Of a stretch of DNA of 32,000 nucleotides, positions 1 through 8,104 are shown one piece after another. The notes beneath the pieces are model-generated. The model was not told where the DNA came from and made no database searches. It worked only from the letters and a program-made list of their open reading frames with translations. The translations under genes were made by a program, and so were the position numbers. Origin of the DNA: Candidatus Saccharimonadota bacterium (GTDB lineage Bacteria; Bacteroidota; Bacteroidia; Cytophagales; Amoebophilaceae). The first letter of the stretch is position 1; each line of letters begins with the position of its first letter. The stretch spans positions 900,001 to 932,000 of the forward strand of contig NZ_CP022339.1 in assembly GCF_003351905.1 (NCBI RefSeq), given 5' to 3'.

Positions 1-556
1 GTATGCCTCTGTGGTTGATTTTGATACAAAAGTCTCGTATGCCTAGTTGGGTACATACGTCGTAGATTAGTTTTAAGATTTCTGCTTCACACAGTAAAGA
101 GGTGCTGCCGATAATATCTGCGTCACACTGTAAAAACTCCCTATAACGACCTCTTTGGGGTCTGTCTGCTCGCCATACGGGTTGCATTTGGTAGCGCCTA
201 AATGGGAAGCATATTTGATGTTGATGTGCTGCAATATGGCGCATTAAGGGAACCGTTAAATCATAGCGGAGTCCTTTGTCGCTGATCAGCGGTTTTAATT
301 TTTTGTAGTCTGTAGCATTTTCCTCTATGCCTGCTAGGAAATTACCAGATTTTAGTACGTTAAACATCAGCTGCTCTCCTTCAGCGCCATATTTTCCTGT
401 AAGGGTAGAACGGTGTTCCAACGCAGGGGTTTCCAGTGGTTCAAAGCCATAGCGTGTATAGATAGCCTGAATCGTGGCAAGCATATAATTGCGCCGGTAG
501 ACCTGGAGGCTGCTGTAGTCGCGCATGCCTTTTACAAGACTGGGTAATAGGGTCAT
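1..556 (-). CDS. hisS: histidine--tRNA ligase, N-terminal ~185 codons (rest lies outside the window)
   Basis: Reverse-strand translation from ATG (complement 554-556): MTLLPSLVKGMRDY...LRYDLTVPLMRHIA...FPFRRYQMQPVWRADRPQRGRYREFLQCDADIIG, typical class II HisRS motifs. Absent from the ORF track because it runs off the window edge. Confidence 0.9.
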   Translation of the reverse strand, partial: MTLLPSLVKGMRDYSSLQVYRRNYMLATIQAIYTRYGFEPLETPALEHRSTLTGKYGAEGEQLMFNVLKSGNFLAGIEENATDYKKLKPLISDKGLRYDLTVPLMRHIAAHQHQICFPFRRYQMQPVWRADRPQRGRYREFLQCDADIIGSTSLLCEAEILKLIYDVCTQLGIRDFCIKINHRGI

Positions 557-959
557 CTACTTTTTCGAATGGGTGAAAGATAGATTATTATATCATAGGA
601 TTATAAACCAATGTAACTATGACAGCTGCTAATTTACAGGATCGTAAGATGATTCACAATAGTTGAGCAATGGTTAATGGTTGACCCATTCAAATGCCAT
701 GGGCCCTAGTATACTTTTTTTTTGAGCGATTCACCCATGTCAGTTGCTTGTTGCTCAACCGCTTAAGGCATACTATTGATGTATGAAGCGACAAGTTTAA
801 AATCTATTTGTTAATATTAAAATCTATTTGTATATAGAGAAAACTATTCCCAATTTATAGTGCTTGAAGCAGCAAGTGGCCTTGCTAGCTGTGTAAGGTT
901 CTCTTTCTTTATCCAAGGCAATAGGCAAGGCGTGCCAAAACGAACTAAAATATAAAGCA

Positions 960-1343
960 ATGCACTATAGGCAACACAATACGTATTCAAGGCACCTAGT
1001 TTCTATTGTAATGTGCACTACCCTTATCATTTTGGGTAGTGCATCTTGTTTGCGAACCATACAAGCAGCCTGGCCTAGTAGTCATGCATCCTATAGAGGG
1101 TCTACAAATCCATTATATAGTAGTTCTATAGGGAAAGATAATAGCGTGCCTGAAGAGAAAGATAATAGCGTCTCTGAAGATGAGGCTGTCTGTCTTTATA
1201 AAGATGCATTGTTGTTTGCCTTGGATCATAGCGTAACGTTTGCCAAACAGTTAAAAGAACGTGTAGAGCAATGTATTATGCAGCTTACCCGTGATGTGGT
1301 AGTCGCATTGCAAGGTGCGCGCATTGGCCATACAGAATTTTAG
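960..1343 (+). CDS. hypothetical protein, signal/lipoprotein-like N-terminus, internal KDNSV(P/S)E(E/D) tandem repeat
   Basis: 127-aa ORF. Hydrophobic N-terminal segment ends in LGSASC. 24-bp tandem duplication at 1134-1181. May be the frameshifted N-terminal part of the RING ORF that follows. Confidence 0.5.
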   Translation: MHYRQHNTYSRHLVSIVMCTTLIILGSASCLRTIQAAWPSSHASYRGSTNPLYSSSIGKDNSVPEEKDNSVSEDEAVCLYKDALLFALDHSVTFAKQLKERVEQCIMQLTRDVVVALQGARIGHTEF

Positions 1344-1363
1344 AGGGCATATCTGCACAATTA

Positions 1364-1672
1364 ATGATCGATGAAAGCAAGGGTAGTGGTTTAGAGGCCA
1401 GAGAGGATGCCCAAAATGGACCAAACGAGTGCGCTATCTGTTTGTCTGATCTGCAACGTAATTTTATCATTCTGCCCTGTCATGCTACGCATACCTTTCA
1501 TAATGATTGCATCAAACAATGGGTGAATAGGCAAGGTCCTAACCTGAGTCGATGCTTGAGAAGATGTTATTACCGATGTAGAAAGCTGTGCTGCCCTATC
1601 TGTAGGACAAACTTTAGCCCAAATGATTTTGGCCTAATCAGTGATTACGGCTGGGTGCCTACCTTGGGATGA
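1364..1672 (+). CDS. RING-H2 zinc-finger protein (eukaryotic-type E3 ubiquitin-ligase-like domain)
   Basis: Spacing C23-x2-C26-x12-C39-x3-H43-x2-H46-x2-C49-x27-C77-x2-C80 (ECAICLSDL..ILPCHATHTFHNDCIKQW...CCPICRT) fits the RING-H2 consensus C-X2-C-X(9-39)-C-X(1-3)-H-X(2-3)-H-X2-C-X(4-48)-C-X2-C. Confidence 0.7.
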   Translation: MIDESKGSGLEAREDAQNGPNECAICLSDLQRNFIILPCHATHTFHNDCIKQWVNRQGPNLSRCLRRCYYRCRKLCCPICRTNFSPNDFGLISDYGWVPTLG

Positions 1673-1957
1673 AATTTAAGATTTTACCTTGTTTAGAGAA
1701 ACTTTATGTTCTGGGGGGGTAGGATATATGGGTATTGTTAGTTTTTTTAAGCCATTTTATTTGTTATTGTATTTATATTTTTTAATATGAATTTAATTTT
1801 AATTAGGCAAGTAGTTAAGGGAGCTAGGGTCCATTATACTACATTAGGGTTTTTGCCTTGTTAAAGTTAAGCAGATAGTGAAATAGGAATAGATGATTAG
1901 ATATTTCGTGATCATGCTGCTTGGTAGTTAGCTAGTATACACTTAAACATGAATATT

Positions 1958-2320
1958 ATGAATATATATACACATTATGGAATAGGCTTATTGATGTGGC
2001 TATTGAGCTTAAATATTTTGTCTTCTTGTGTCAACACAAAACAAACGTTAGGGGCGTATGTGATGGCATCCGATTTGAATAATAATGTAGCACATTCAGG
2101 GTATCAGCGTAGTGCTATGGATAATGAGTCCCATAATCTACCTCTGCGTTTTGGTCGGAGCGCTATGCTAGATGATCTACTAGATAATCTAAATAGTTAC
2201 TATAGTGATTTTAAGACTGCGTTAACAAAGGGCGCAAAAGAATCGTGGGGAGGGCTAGTGTTGGCTAAACGAGAGGTACTTCCTATTGCTCGACGTTTCT
2301 CCTTTGGTCTTGGTAGATAA
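1958..2320 (+). CDS. hypothetical lipoprotein (shares its 5' module with the ankyrin gene at 28111-28893)
   Basis: The ORF track starts at 1949. The second ATG (1958) aligns with the paralog start: MNIYTHYGIGLL..NILSSC vs MHIYTHYRRVGLF..PILSAC. Lipobox is L-S-S-C. Confidence 0.55.
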   Translation: MNIYTHYGIGLLMWLLSLNILSSCVNTKQTLGAYVMASDLNNNVAHSGYQRSAMDNESHNLPLRFGRSAMLDDLLDNLNSYYSDFKTALTKGAKESWGGLVLAKREVLPIARRFSFGLGR

Positions 2321-2365
2321 ACGCATCAAGCATACAACATGGTTAATGCGATAGAAAAGGATTAA

Positions 2366-2456
2366 GTATCTGTTCCACCCGCTGGTTTTTTGTCCACTTT
2401 TTTCTTGATAAAAAAGTGGACAAAATTCATTATTAACCAGTAACGTAAATAGACAC
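2366..2456. mobile_element. family-1 MITE, 91-bp internally deleted mini-derivative
   Basis: gtatctgttccacccgctggtt ... hairpin gtccactttttt-cttgat-aaaaaagtggac ... aaccagtaacgtaaatagacac. The right ~70 bp match the right ends of the copies at 9150-9403 and 30491-30747. The left end is the same terminus inverted. Confidence 0.6.
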
Positions 2457-2462
2457 CTATTT

Positions 2463-3689
2463 TTATCGAATTTTTAAAGTCACTAGCGTAGCAATAGCCA
2501 ATAAAATGCTCAGGATTAAAAACCGCGTTACAATCTTGGATTCATGCCATCCTAGTTTCTGGTAGTGGTGGTGGAGGGGAGCCATCTTGAAGATCCTTCT
2601 ACCGGATCCATAGTGCCTTTTGGTAAATTTAAAATAACTGGTTTGTAGGATCACCGATAGATTTTCCATAAGGAATATGCCGCATAATATTGGAATCAGC
2701 AGTTCTTTTCGAATACAAATCGCTACTACCGCAATGATGGCGCCGATCGTTAAGCTGCCGGTGTCACCCATAAAGATTTGCGCAGGATAGGCATTATACC
2801 AAAGAAACCCCATACATGATCCCACAAATGCACAACAAAATATAGTAAGTTCTCCCAGGTTTGGGATATACATGATATTTAAATATTTAGCAAATATAAT
2901 ATGGCCAGATAAGTAAGCAAGCACAGCTAAAGTAGTACCAACAATTACAGAAGTACTGGCTGTTAATCCATCCAGCCCATCTGTTAAATTAGAGCCATTG
3001 GACACAGCAGCAATAATAAAAGCGACAACCGCCATATAAAGGATCCATGTATAATGTGTGTTCCCTAATAGGCTGGCTGTTATTTGCGCATAATCCAGTT
3101 CATTCCCTTTGAAAAAAGGGATGGTTGTTTTGGTAGATTTTATGTCATTATAGTCAGAGGCTATGGGATCCCCTAGCGGAGTAGGTATTGCCTGCGTGGG
3201 GAGCGATGCCTCACGGATGACTACGTCTTGATGTAGATATAGTGTAGTACTTACGATACAGCCTAAAGTCATTTGGCCTAATAGTTTAATCCATCCGTTT
3301 AACCCACTTTTTTGTTTTTTAAATACCTTGATATAGTCGTCCAAAAAGCCTACGAGCCCCATCCAAATGGTAGTAGTTAACAATAGGATGATATATATGT
3401 TGTGCAGTTTTGAGAAGAGCCAAGTGGGTACCACCGTTGCCAGGATAATGAGTATTCCCCCCATAGTAGGGGTGTTTAGCTTCTTATTGGTTTCGTTAAA
3501 CCCTAGTGTGCGATTGGGCTCGGTAATTTGTCTTTTGCGCAACCCGTCTATAAAGCGCTGACCCAGTAGAAAAATAATCGTAAAAGAGCTAAGGGTAGCC
3601 ATAGCTGCTCGAAAAGAAATATACTTAAATAAGCCTGTCCCAGGCCACTGCAAGGTAGTGTGTAGGTATTTGAATAAATAGTATAGCAT
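2463..3689 (-). CDS. mraY: phospho-N-acetylmuramoyl-pentapeptide transferase
   Basis: 408 aa, polytopic. MLYYLFKYL...FKYISFRAA...NTPTMGGI...NLTDGLDGL...FMGDTGSL...APLHHHY are MraY hallmark motifs. Confidence 0.93.
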   Translation of the reverse strand: MLYYLFKYLHTTLQWPGTGLFKYISFRAAMATLSSFTIIFLLGQRFIDGLRKRQITEPNRTLGFNETNKKLNTPTMGGILIILATVVPTWLFSKLHNIYIILLLTTTIWMGLVGFLDDYIKVFKKQKSGLNGWIKLLGQMTLGCIVSTTLYLHQDVVIREASLPTQAIPTPLGDPIASDYNDIKSTKTTIPFFKGNELDYAQITASLLGNTHYTWILYMAVVAFIIAAVSNGSNLTDGLDGLTASTSVIVGTTLAVLAYLSGHIIFAKYLNIMYIPNLGELTIFCCAFVGSCMGFLWYNAYPAQIFMGDTGSLTIGAIIAVVAICIRKELLIPILCGIFLMENLSVILQTSYFKFTKRHYGSGRRIFKMAPLHHHYQKLGWHESKIVTRFLILSILLAIATLVTLKIR

Positions 3690-3699
3690 AGAAAATCCT

Positions 3700-5340
3700 C
3701 TACCCTTTTAATAATCTCCTGAGCACTTTACCTATAGGTGATTTGGGTAAGCTATTACAAAATTCTACATATTTAGGTACCTTATAGAGGGTCATTTTTG
3801 CTTTGCAATAGGCTATAATTTCCTCAGCAGTAAGCGTTGCATCCTTTTTTACAATAAAAACCTTAATCGCTTCCTTTAGGGTGACATCTGTGATGCCAAT
3901 TGCACCTACTTCTAATACTTTGGGGTGACCTATTAGCGTTTGCTCTATTTCATTCGGGTATACATTAAAACCAGAAATATTAATCATATCTTTTTTGCGG
4001 TCCACAATAGATACAAACCCATTAGCATCCATAGTGGCTATATCGCCTGTTTTAAACCATCCATTTATAAAGGCGCCTGCTGTTTCTGCCGGTTTTTGCC
4101 AATAGGCTTGGGTTAATTGAGGACCTTTGATCAGTAATTCACCAGGGGTTCCATAAGGCACCTCTTTACCTGTTTCGTCTGCTACGATGACAAATGTGCC
4201 AGGCAGTGGCATATGATGGATGCCGTTGATCATGTCAGTGGAAATTCCGGGTGAACATTCCGTTAGCCCATACCCTTCCATAAGCTTACTGCCAGTTAGG
4301 TTTTCCCATTGATTTTTAACATTTTCTTGCGTTTTCATGCCACCTGCTATCGTCAATTTTAAAGCGGTAAGCTTGAGTTTTTTAAAATTTTTATGCGCCA
4401 ACAGCTTTTCAAATAAAGTATTAATGCCTATTAAACAAGTAGGCTTACGTTTTTTTAGTTCTTTTATAAACCTTGGAATGTCTCTAGGATTGGTAATTAA
4501 TGAACATTTTGCACCCAGCTTGGCCATTGCAAATAGGCTTCCTAACCCTAAAATATGATAAAGCGGCAGAGGGATCATGGTCCGTTCTTCTTTTTCCTTT
4601 AAGAAAAGGCGCATCACAGGTTCTAATTGTTGGAAATTAGCTGTCAGGTTCCCATGGGATAGAATAGCGCCTTTGGATACACCTGTTGTTCCGCCTGTAT
4701 ATTGTAAAAAGGCCGTGTCAGAAGATTGTAAGCCAACAGGACGAAAGATAGCCTTTTTACCTTTTGCTAAAACCTCCTTAAAAGAGATGGTGTGTGGCAA
4801 GCTGTATGCAGGTACCAGTTTTTTGATATGTTTAATAGCAAAGTTCAGCACCTTTCCTTTTATGGAGCCAAGCATGTCACCCACTCTGGTAACAATAATG
4901 GTTTGAATAGATGTATCTGGTAAGATTTCAGCCAGTTTGTGGGCAAAGTTTTCTAAGATCACGATCGCACGCACGCCAGCATCTTTAAGCTGATAAGCCA
5001 TTTCAGAAGGGGTGTATTGTGGATTCATGTTCACTACTACTAGCCCAGCACGTAGCATACCCAATACGGCAATGGGATATTGCAATAGATTCGGTAATTG
5101 AATTGCTACATGTGACCCTACCGGTAAATTGGTATATTGCTGAATATAAGCTGCAAAAGATTTAGACAACTTATCCATTGCATGAAAGGTCAGTACTTTC
5201 CCCATGTTTTCACACATCGGTAAATTTTGATATTGCGCAAAAATTTCTTCCATGAAATGGACCAATGAACGATACCTAGAAGTATCGATGGTGTCCGGTA
5301 TAGAAGCGGGATAATGTTGCACCCAAGGTCTTTGTGTCAT
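3700..5340 (-). CDS. fadD: long-chain fatty-acid--CoA ligase (AMP-binding family)
   Basis: AMP-binding motif LQYTGGTTGVSKGAILSHGNL, plus GYGLTE and TGDIA..D..G. The ORF extends to 5382, but MTQRPWVQHYP (ATG complement 5338-5340) matches the usual FadD N-terminus. Confidence 0.88.
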   Translation of the reverse strand: MTQRPWVQHYPASIPDTIDTSRYRSLVHFMEEIFAQYQNLPMCENMGKVLTFHAMDKLSKSFAAYIQQYTNLPVGSHVAIQLPNLLQYPIAVLGMLRAGLVVVNMNPQYTPSEMAYQLKDAGVRAIVILENFAHKLAEILPDTSIQTIIVTRVGDMLGSIKGKVLNFAIKHIKKLVPAYSLPHTISFKEVLAKGKKAIFRPVGLQSSDTAFLQYTGGTTGVSKGAILSHGNLTANFQQLEPVMRLFLKEKEERTMIPLPLYHILGLGSLFAMAKLGAKCSLITNPRDIPRFIKELKKRKPTCLIGINTLFEKLLAHKNFKKLKLTALKLTIAGGMKTQENVKNQWENLTGSKLMEGYGLTECSPGISTDMINGIHHMPLPGTFVIVADETGKEVPYGTPGELLIKGPQLTQAYWQKPAETAGAFINGWFKTGDIATMDANGFVSIVDRKKDMINISGFNVYPNEIEQTLIGHPKVLEVGAIGITDVTLKEAIKVFIVKKDATLTAEEIIAYCKAKMTLYKVPKYVEFCNSLPKSPIGKVLRRLLKG

Positions 5341-5436
5341 AGTATATAAACCTATTTTAATGTTTTTCAAACGCCACTGCAATATAGTATTATTTTATAG
5401 AATGTGATGCAACGCATCTACAATTTACTGATCTAG

Positions 5437-5625
5437 CTAGTGTTGCCATAAGCAATTGGCCCATAACTCGATACATCTAATTTGAACGACAGCTAAGAAT
5501 AATGCTCTATTTTGGGCATATCTAGCGGTGATACCTTTCCATAGCTTGGGCTTAAGAAACATATTAGATGACGAAATCTATATAGCTCTTTGTTAGGTTC
5601 ATGATTTGCTTTAAATACTACTGAA
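5437..5625 (-). pseudogene. IS4/IS5-superfamily (DDE_Tnp_1-type) transposase C-terminal relic, frameshifted
   Basis: Reverse strand reads ..ANHEPNKELYRFRHLI in one frame. It then reads SNMFLKPKLWKGITARYAQNRALFLAVVQIRCIELWANCLWQH* in another. This resembles the conserved IS5-type C-terminus (..LYK.R..IE..F..LK.FR.IATRYDK....FLA.V.L....W). No upstream catalytic part is present. Confidence 0.55.
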
Positions 5626-5924
5626 TTAATACATAAGCTTTTTATTTAAAAAAATCTGCTTTTAATAATTAGCAATTTCGTTTTTAAAGGACTTAACTGC
5701 AAGGGCCTGAATATAAGAATACTTGTATATATTAAAAATAAAGTTTAAATTTTAGATTTTATTCTATATAATATAATCTAGATTGTTAGGAATCTATACA
5801 CCTACAAGGTCTAATTGGATTGAACCTATATTTTTAATCATACTTTTGTTTTACATTATGACGTTTACTTCTATTTCTATAATTATTTTCTCTTTTCCTA
5901 GAAGGGTACTATAATTATTTCTAT

Positions 5925-6908
5925 ATGCAGGCTAAGTTAGTCCTATTTAGCTTGGTTTTGTCTTACATTACTTCCTGTAGTACTATAAATAAATATAGTA
6001 TAGGGTTTAAGGACACTACATCTAACGAGACTAGCAAAAAAAGATCTGCTGATTCTTTTGATGATACCGAACCTTCCTGTAAGCTTTCCCGTAGTTATGC
6101 AGAAGAATTTGATGATCCAGATAAAGTTTATATTTTTCGTGAATTATATGATTGTATATACGAATGTCAATCAAAACGGTTGAAAAACTTACTATTAGAA
6201 AATTGCAAGGGTAATGCAAAAAGCGATAAGTGGCTTAATAAAATAAGCCGTCATAAAATAAACGGTCAAAATCAAACAAGCATTAAAAATGAATTCCCCT
6301 TGCTTCATACGGCAATAATTTTCCTGGGGTTTACGCAGGAGAGGTCTAACCTTTTAGAAATCATTAAGGTTTTAGTAAAACACCTATCTATTGACGTAAA
6401 CAACACCCATAATGGTGAGGTAGATGCACCACTTTTCTACGCACTGGATTCTGGTGACCCAAAAGTGATTCAGGTACTATTGGCGCAAGAGGATATTAAC
6501 ATTCATATAACAGACAAGTGCGGTCACAGCCTTTTTGGGCTAGCAAGATATTCTTGTAATTGTTCTGATGAAGCAAGAATAACAATACTTCAAGCTTTAT
6601 TAAAAAAACATGGAGTTACATGCAAGGACCATGATATTGATGGGGAATTGTTGAAGTTGGCATGTAAAAGTCGTGATGAACATTTAGCTAAGTACTTAAT
6701 GGATAACCGCTCAATCAAGATCAGTAGTGACTATCTTCATACAATCATCCATACAGCAATTAATTCTGGTAGGAAAGCAATAGTTAACGCATTATTGAAT
6801 AGTGAGAGTAATGTAATTCCCGTAAATGAAGTAGATCAATACGGAAATACTCCTCTTTATCTCGCAGTTGAAAAGTATCTTGAAGCTAAAAATGATCTTG
6901 AAGCTTAA
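5925..6908 (+). CDS. ankyrin-repeat lipoprotein, 5' fragment of a frameshifted gene
   Basis: Signal peptide MQAKLVLFSLVLSYITSC (lipobox I-T-S-C). ANK-like repeats (FPLLHTAI.., APLFYALDSGDPKVIQVLLAQEDINI.., GNTPLYLAVEK). The ORF ends in the middle of an ANK repeat. Confidence 0.75.
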   Translation: MQAKLVLFSLVLSYITSCSTINKYSIGFKDTTSNETSKKRSADSFDDTEPSCKLSRSYAEEFDDPDKVYIFRELYDCIYECQSKRLKNLLLENCKGNAKSDKWLNKISRHKINGQNQTSIKNEFPLLHTAIIFLGFTQERSNLLEIIKVLVKHLSIDVNNTHNGEVDAPLFYALDSGDPKVIQVLLAQEDINIHITDKCGHSLFGLARYSCNCSDEARITILQALLKKHGVTCKDHDIDGELLKLACKSRDEHLAKYLMDNRSIKISSDYLHTIIHTAINSGRKAIVNALLNSESNVIPVNEVDQYGNTPLYLAVEKYLEAKNDLEA

Positions 6909-7659
6909 GAATTATTTTGATGAAAAGGCTTGTCAGGATAAAGCGTCTATGTCAATCCTTAATCGCCTACTAGCTGAGTCAAGGGTAAATGTTAATCAGG
7001 AAATTACTTTAAAAGGCTACGGTCTAACTAGGCTAACTGCCCTTCATAAAGCAATGATTAGGTATGGTAGTAATAATCCTAGGATGGCAAACGTTATTAA
7101 AGCGTTCATAGCAAATGAAAGGTTTGATGTAAATCAAAAAGGAGAATTTGGCAGACGCTGTGAGCTTATTCATACATTAGTTCAAAAGGAAGGTGCTCAA
7201 GCTCTACGAATCCTTAAAGACATAGTCAATCTACCAGGTATTGATCCAAATGTACCAGATCAATATGGAAATACCCCCCTGCATTACATCATTTTAAAAT
7301 GCCTGCTTCAATCATACGGTAGTCTTAGCGTATTACTCAATAATTCTAAGGTTCAACTAAATCAAAAAAATGAACATGGCCATATTCCTTTCGATTATTT
7401 GTTTTTTTTAGCAACTCGAGATTTATCTGGTATGGATTCCTCTTCTTCTTTGGAAGAAAAACGAATCGCAATTGAAGCCATTAAAGCATTCCTCCGACAA
7501 GGGCGGTTTATTGTAAATAATAAGCAAGCAATGCTTAATACCCTAAACTCTTCTGACATAAGTCTTGAGTGTAGAATTGATCGTATTAAAGCGTTGTACT
7601 CGATTCCTAATCCTCGGCGTATTCCTGATGGGATCAATCGGTTTTGTTCCCATTACTAA
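6868..7659 (+). CDS. ankyrin-repeat protein, 3' fragment of the same frameshifted gene (start uncertain: TTG 6868 or ATG 6892)
   Basis: +1 frame relative to 5925-6908. It resumes with the second ANK helix ..ILNRLLAESRVNVNQ, and later has GNTPLHYIILK. Confidence 0.7.
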   Translation: MKSILKLKMILKLKNYFDEKACQDKASMSILNRLLAESRVNVNQEITLKGYGLTRLTALHKAMIRYGSNNPRMANVIKAFIANERFDVNQKGEFGRRCELIHTLVQKEGAQALRILKDIVNLPGIDPNVPDQYGNTPLHYIILKCLLQSYGSLSVLLNNSKVQLNQKNEHGHIPFDYLFFLATRDLSGMDSSSSLEEKRIAIEAIKAFLRQGRFIVNNKQAMLNTLNSSDISLECRIDRIKALYSIPNPRRIPDGINRFCSHY

Positions 7660-7855
7660 AACTTGATCAAAGGTATGTGTGATTTGTAGAGATTGTTACA
7701 ATAAAAATGTAAGATTAAGTTTCGGCTTGTATTGAACTTAAGTAATTTAAATATTTAATTCAATTTTTGAAATTTTTTATAAGGTCAACAATCATATGTA
7801 TTTTTACAACTTGCTCCGCGCTGGTTTCATTGTCTTTAGTTTTTATATTGATTGA

Positions 7856-7903
7856 GATGTGTATTTATGGATAATCTGATCAAGTTATCCATAAATACAC
7901 ATC
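7856..7903 (+). terminator. perfect 19-bp stem / 10-nt loop hairpin downstream of the ankyrin gene
   Basis: gatgtgtatttatggataa (7856-7874), loop tctgatcaag, ttatccataaatacacatc (7885-7903). No T-tract follows. Confidence 0.35.
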
Positions 7904-8104
7904 ATCACATATTAAATTATTAGTTTAATAATGATAATTAAATAATCCACAGGTAGAAATCCTGCTAGCGTTAAACTTAATCTAACAACTCAGGTGTAAC
8001 AACCTCTACGAATCACACAGTAGTTGACTAAGCTGTACGTCTTCTTTTACAATTTTATTTTTTACATTTGGAAAAGTTATACAGACTATTTTCTTTTTAA
8101 GCCT

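Noticed and set aside
661-770. 9-bp inverted repeat gttgagcaa / ttgctcaac ~90 bp apart, and gaatgggtgaa / ttcacccat, in the 560-960 spacer.
   Set aside because: They are short, imperfect and at chance level for a 400-bp spacer. There is no supporting structure or conservation.
798-832. Direct repeat ttaaaatctatttgt x2 with 20-bp period in the hisS upstream spacer.
   Set aside because: Only two short AT-rich copies are present. It may be an operator or an UP-like element, but the evidence is too thin to call.
8024-8104. Extended N-termini offered by the ORF track (smpB 8024, rimM 10866, secY 21046, rplF 18997, rpsQ 16582, rpmD 20478, fadD 5382, ftsB-like 27324).
   Set aside because: The extensions use TTG/GTG or overlap the preceding gene, and they add residues not seen in these families. 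Internal ATGs give family-typical N-termini.
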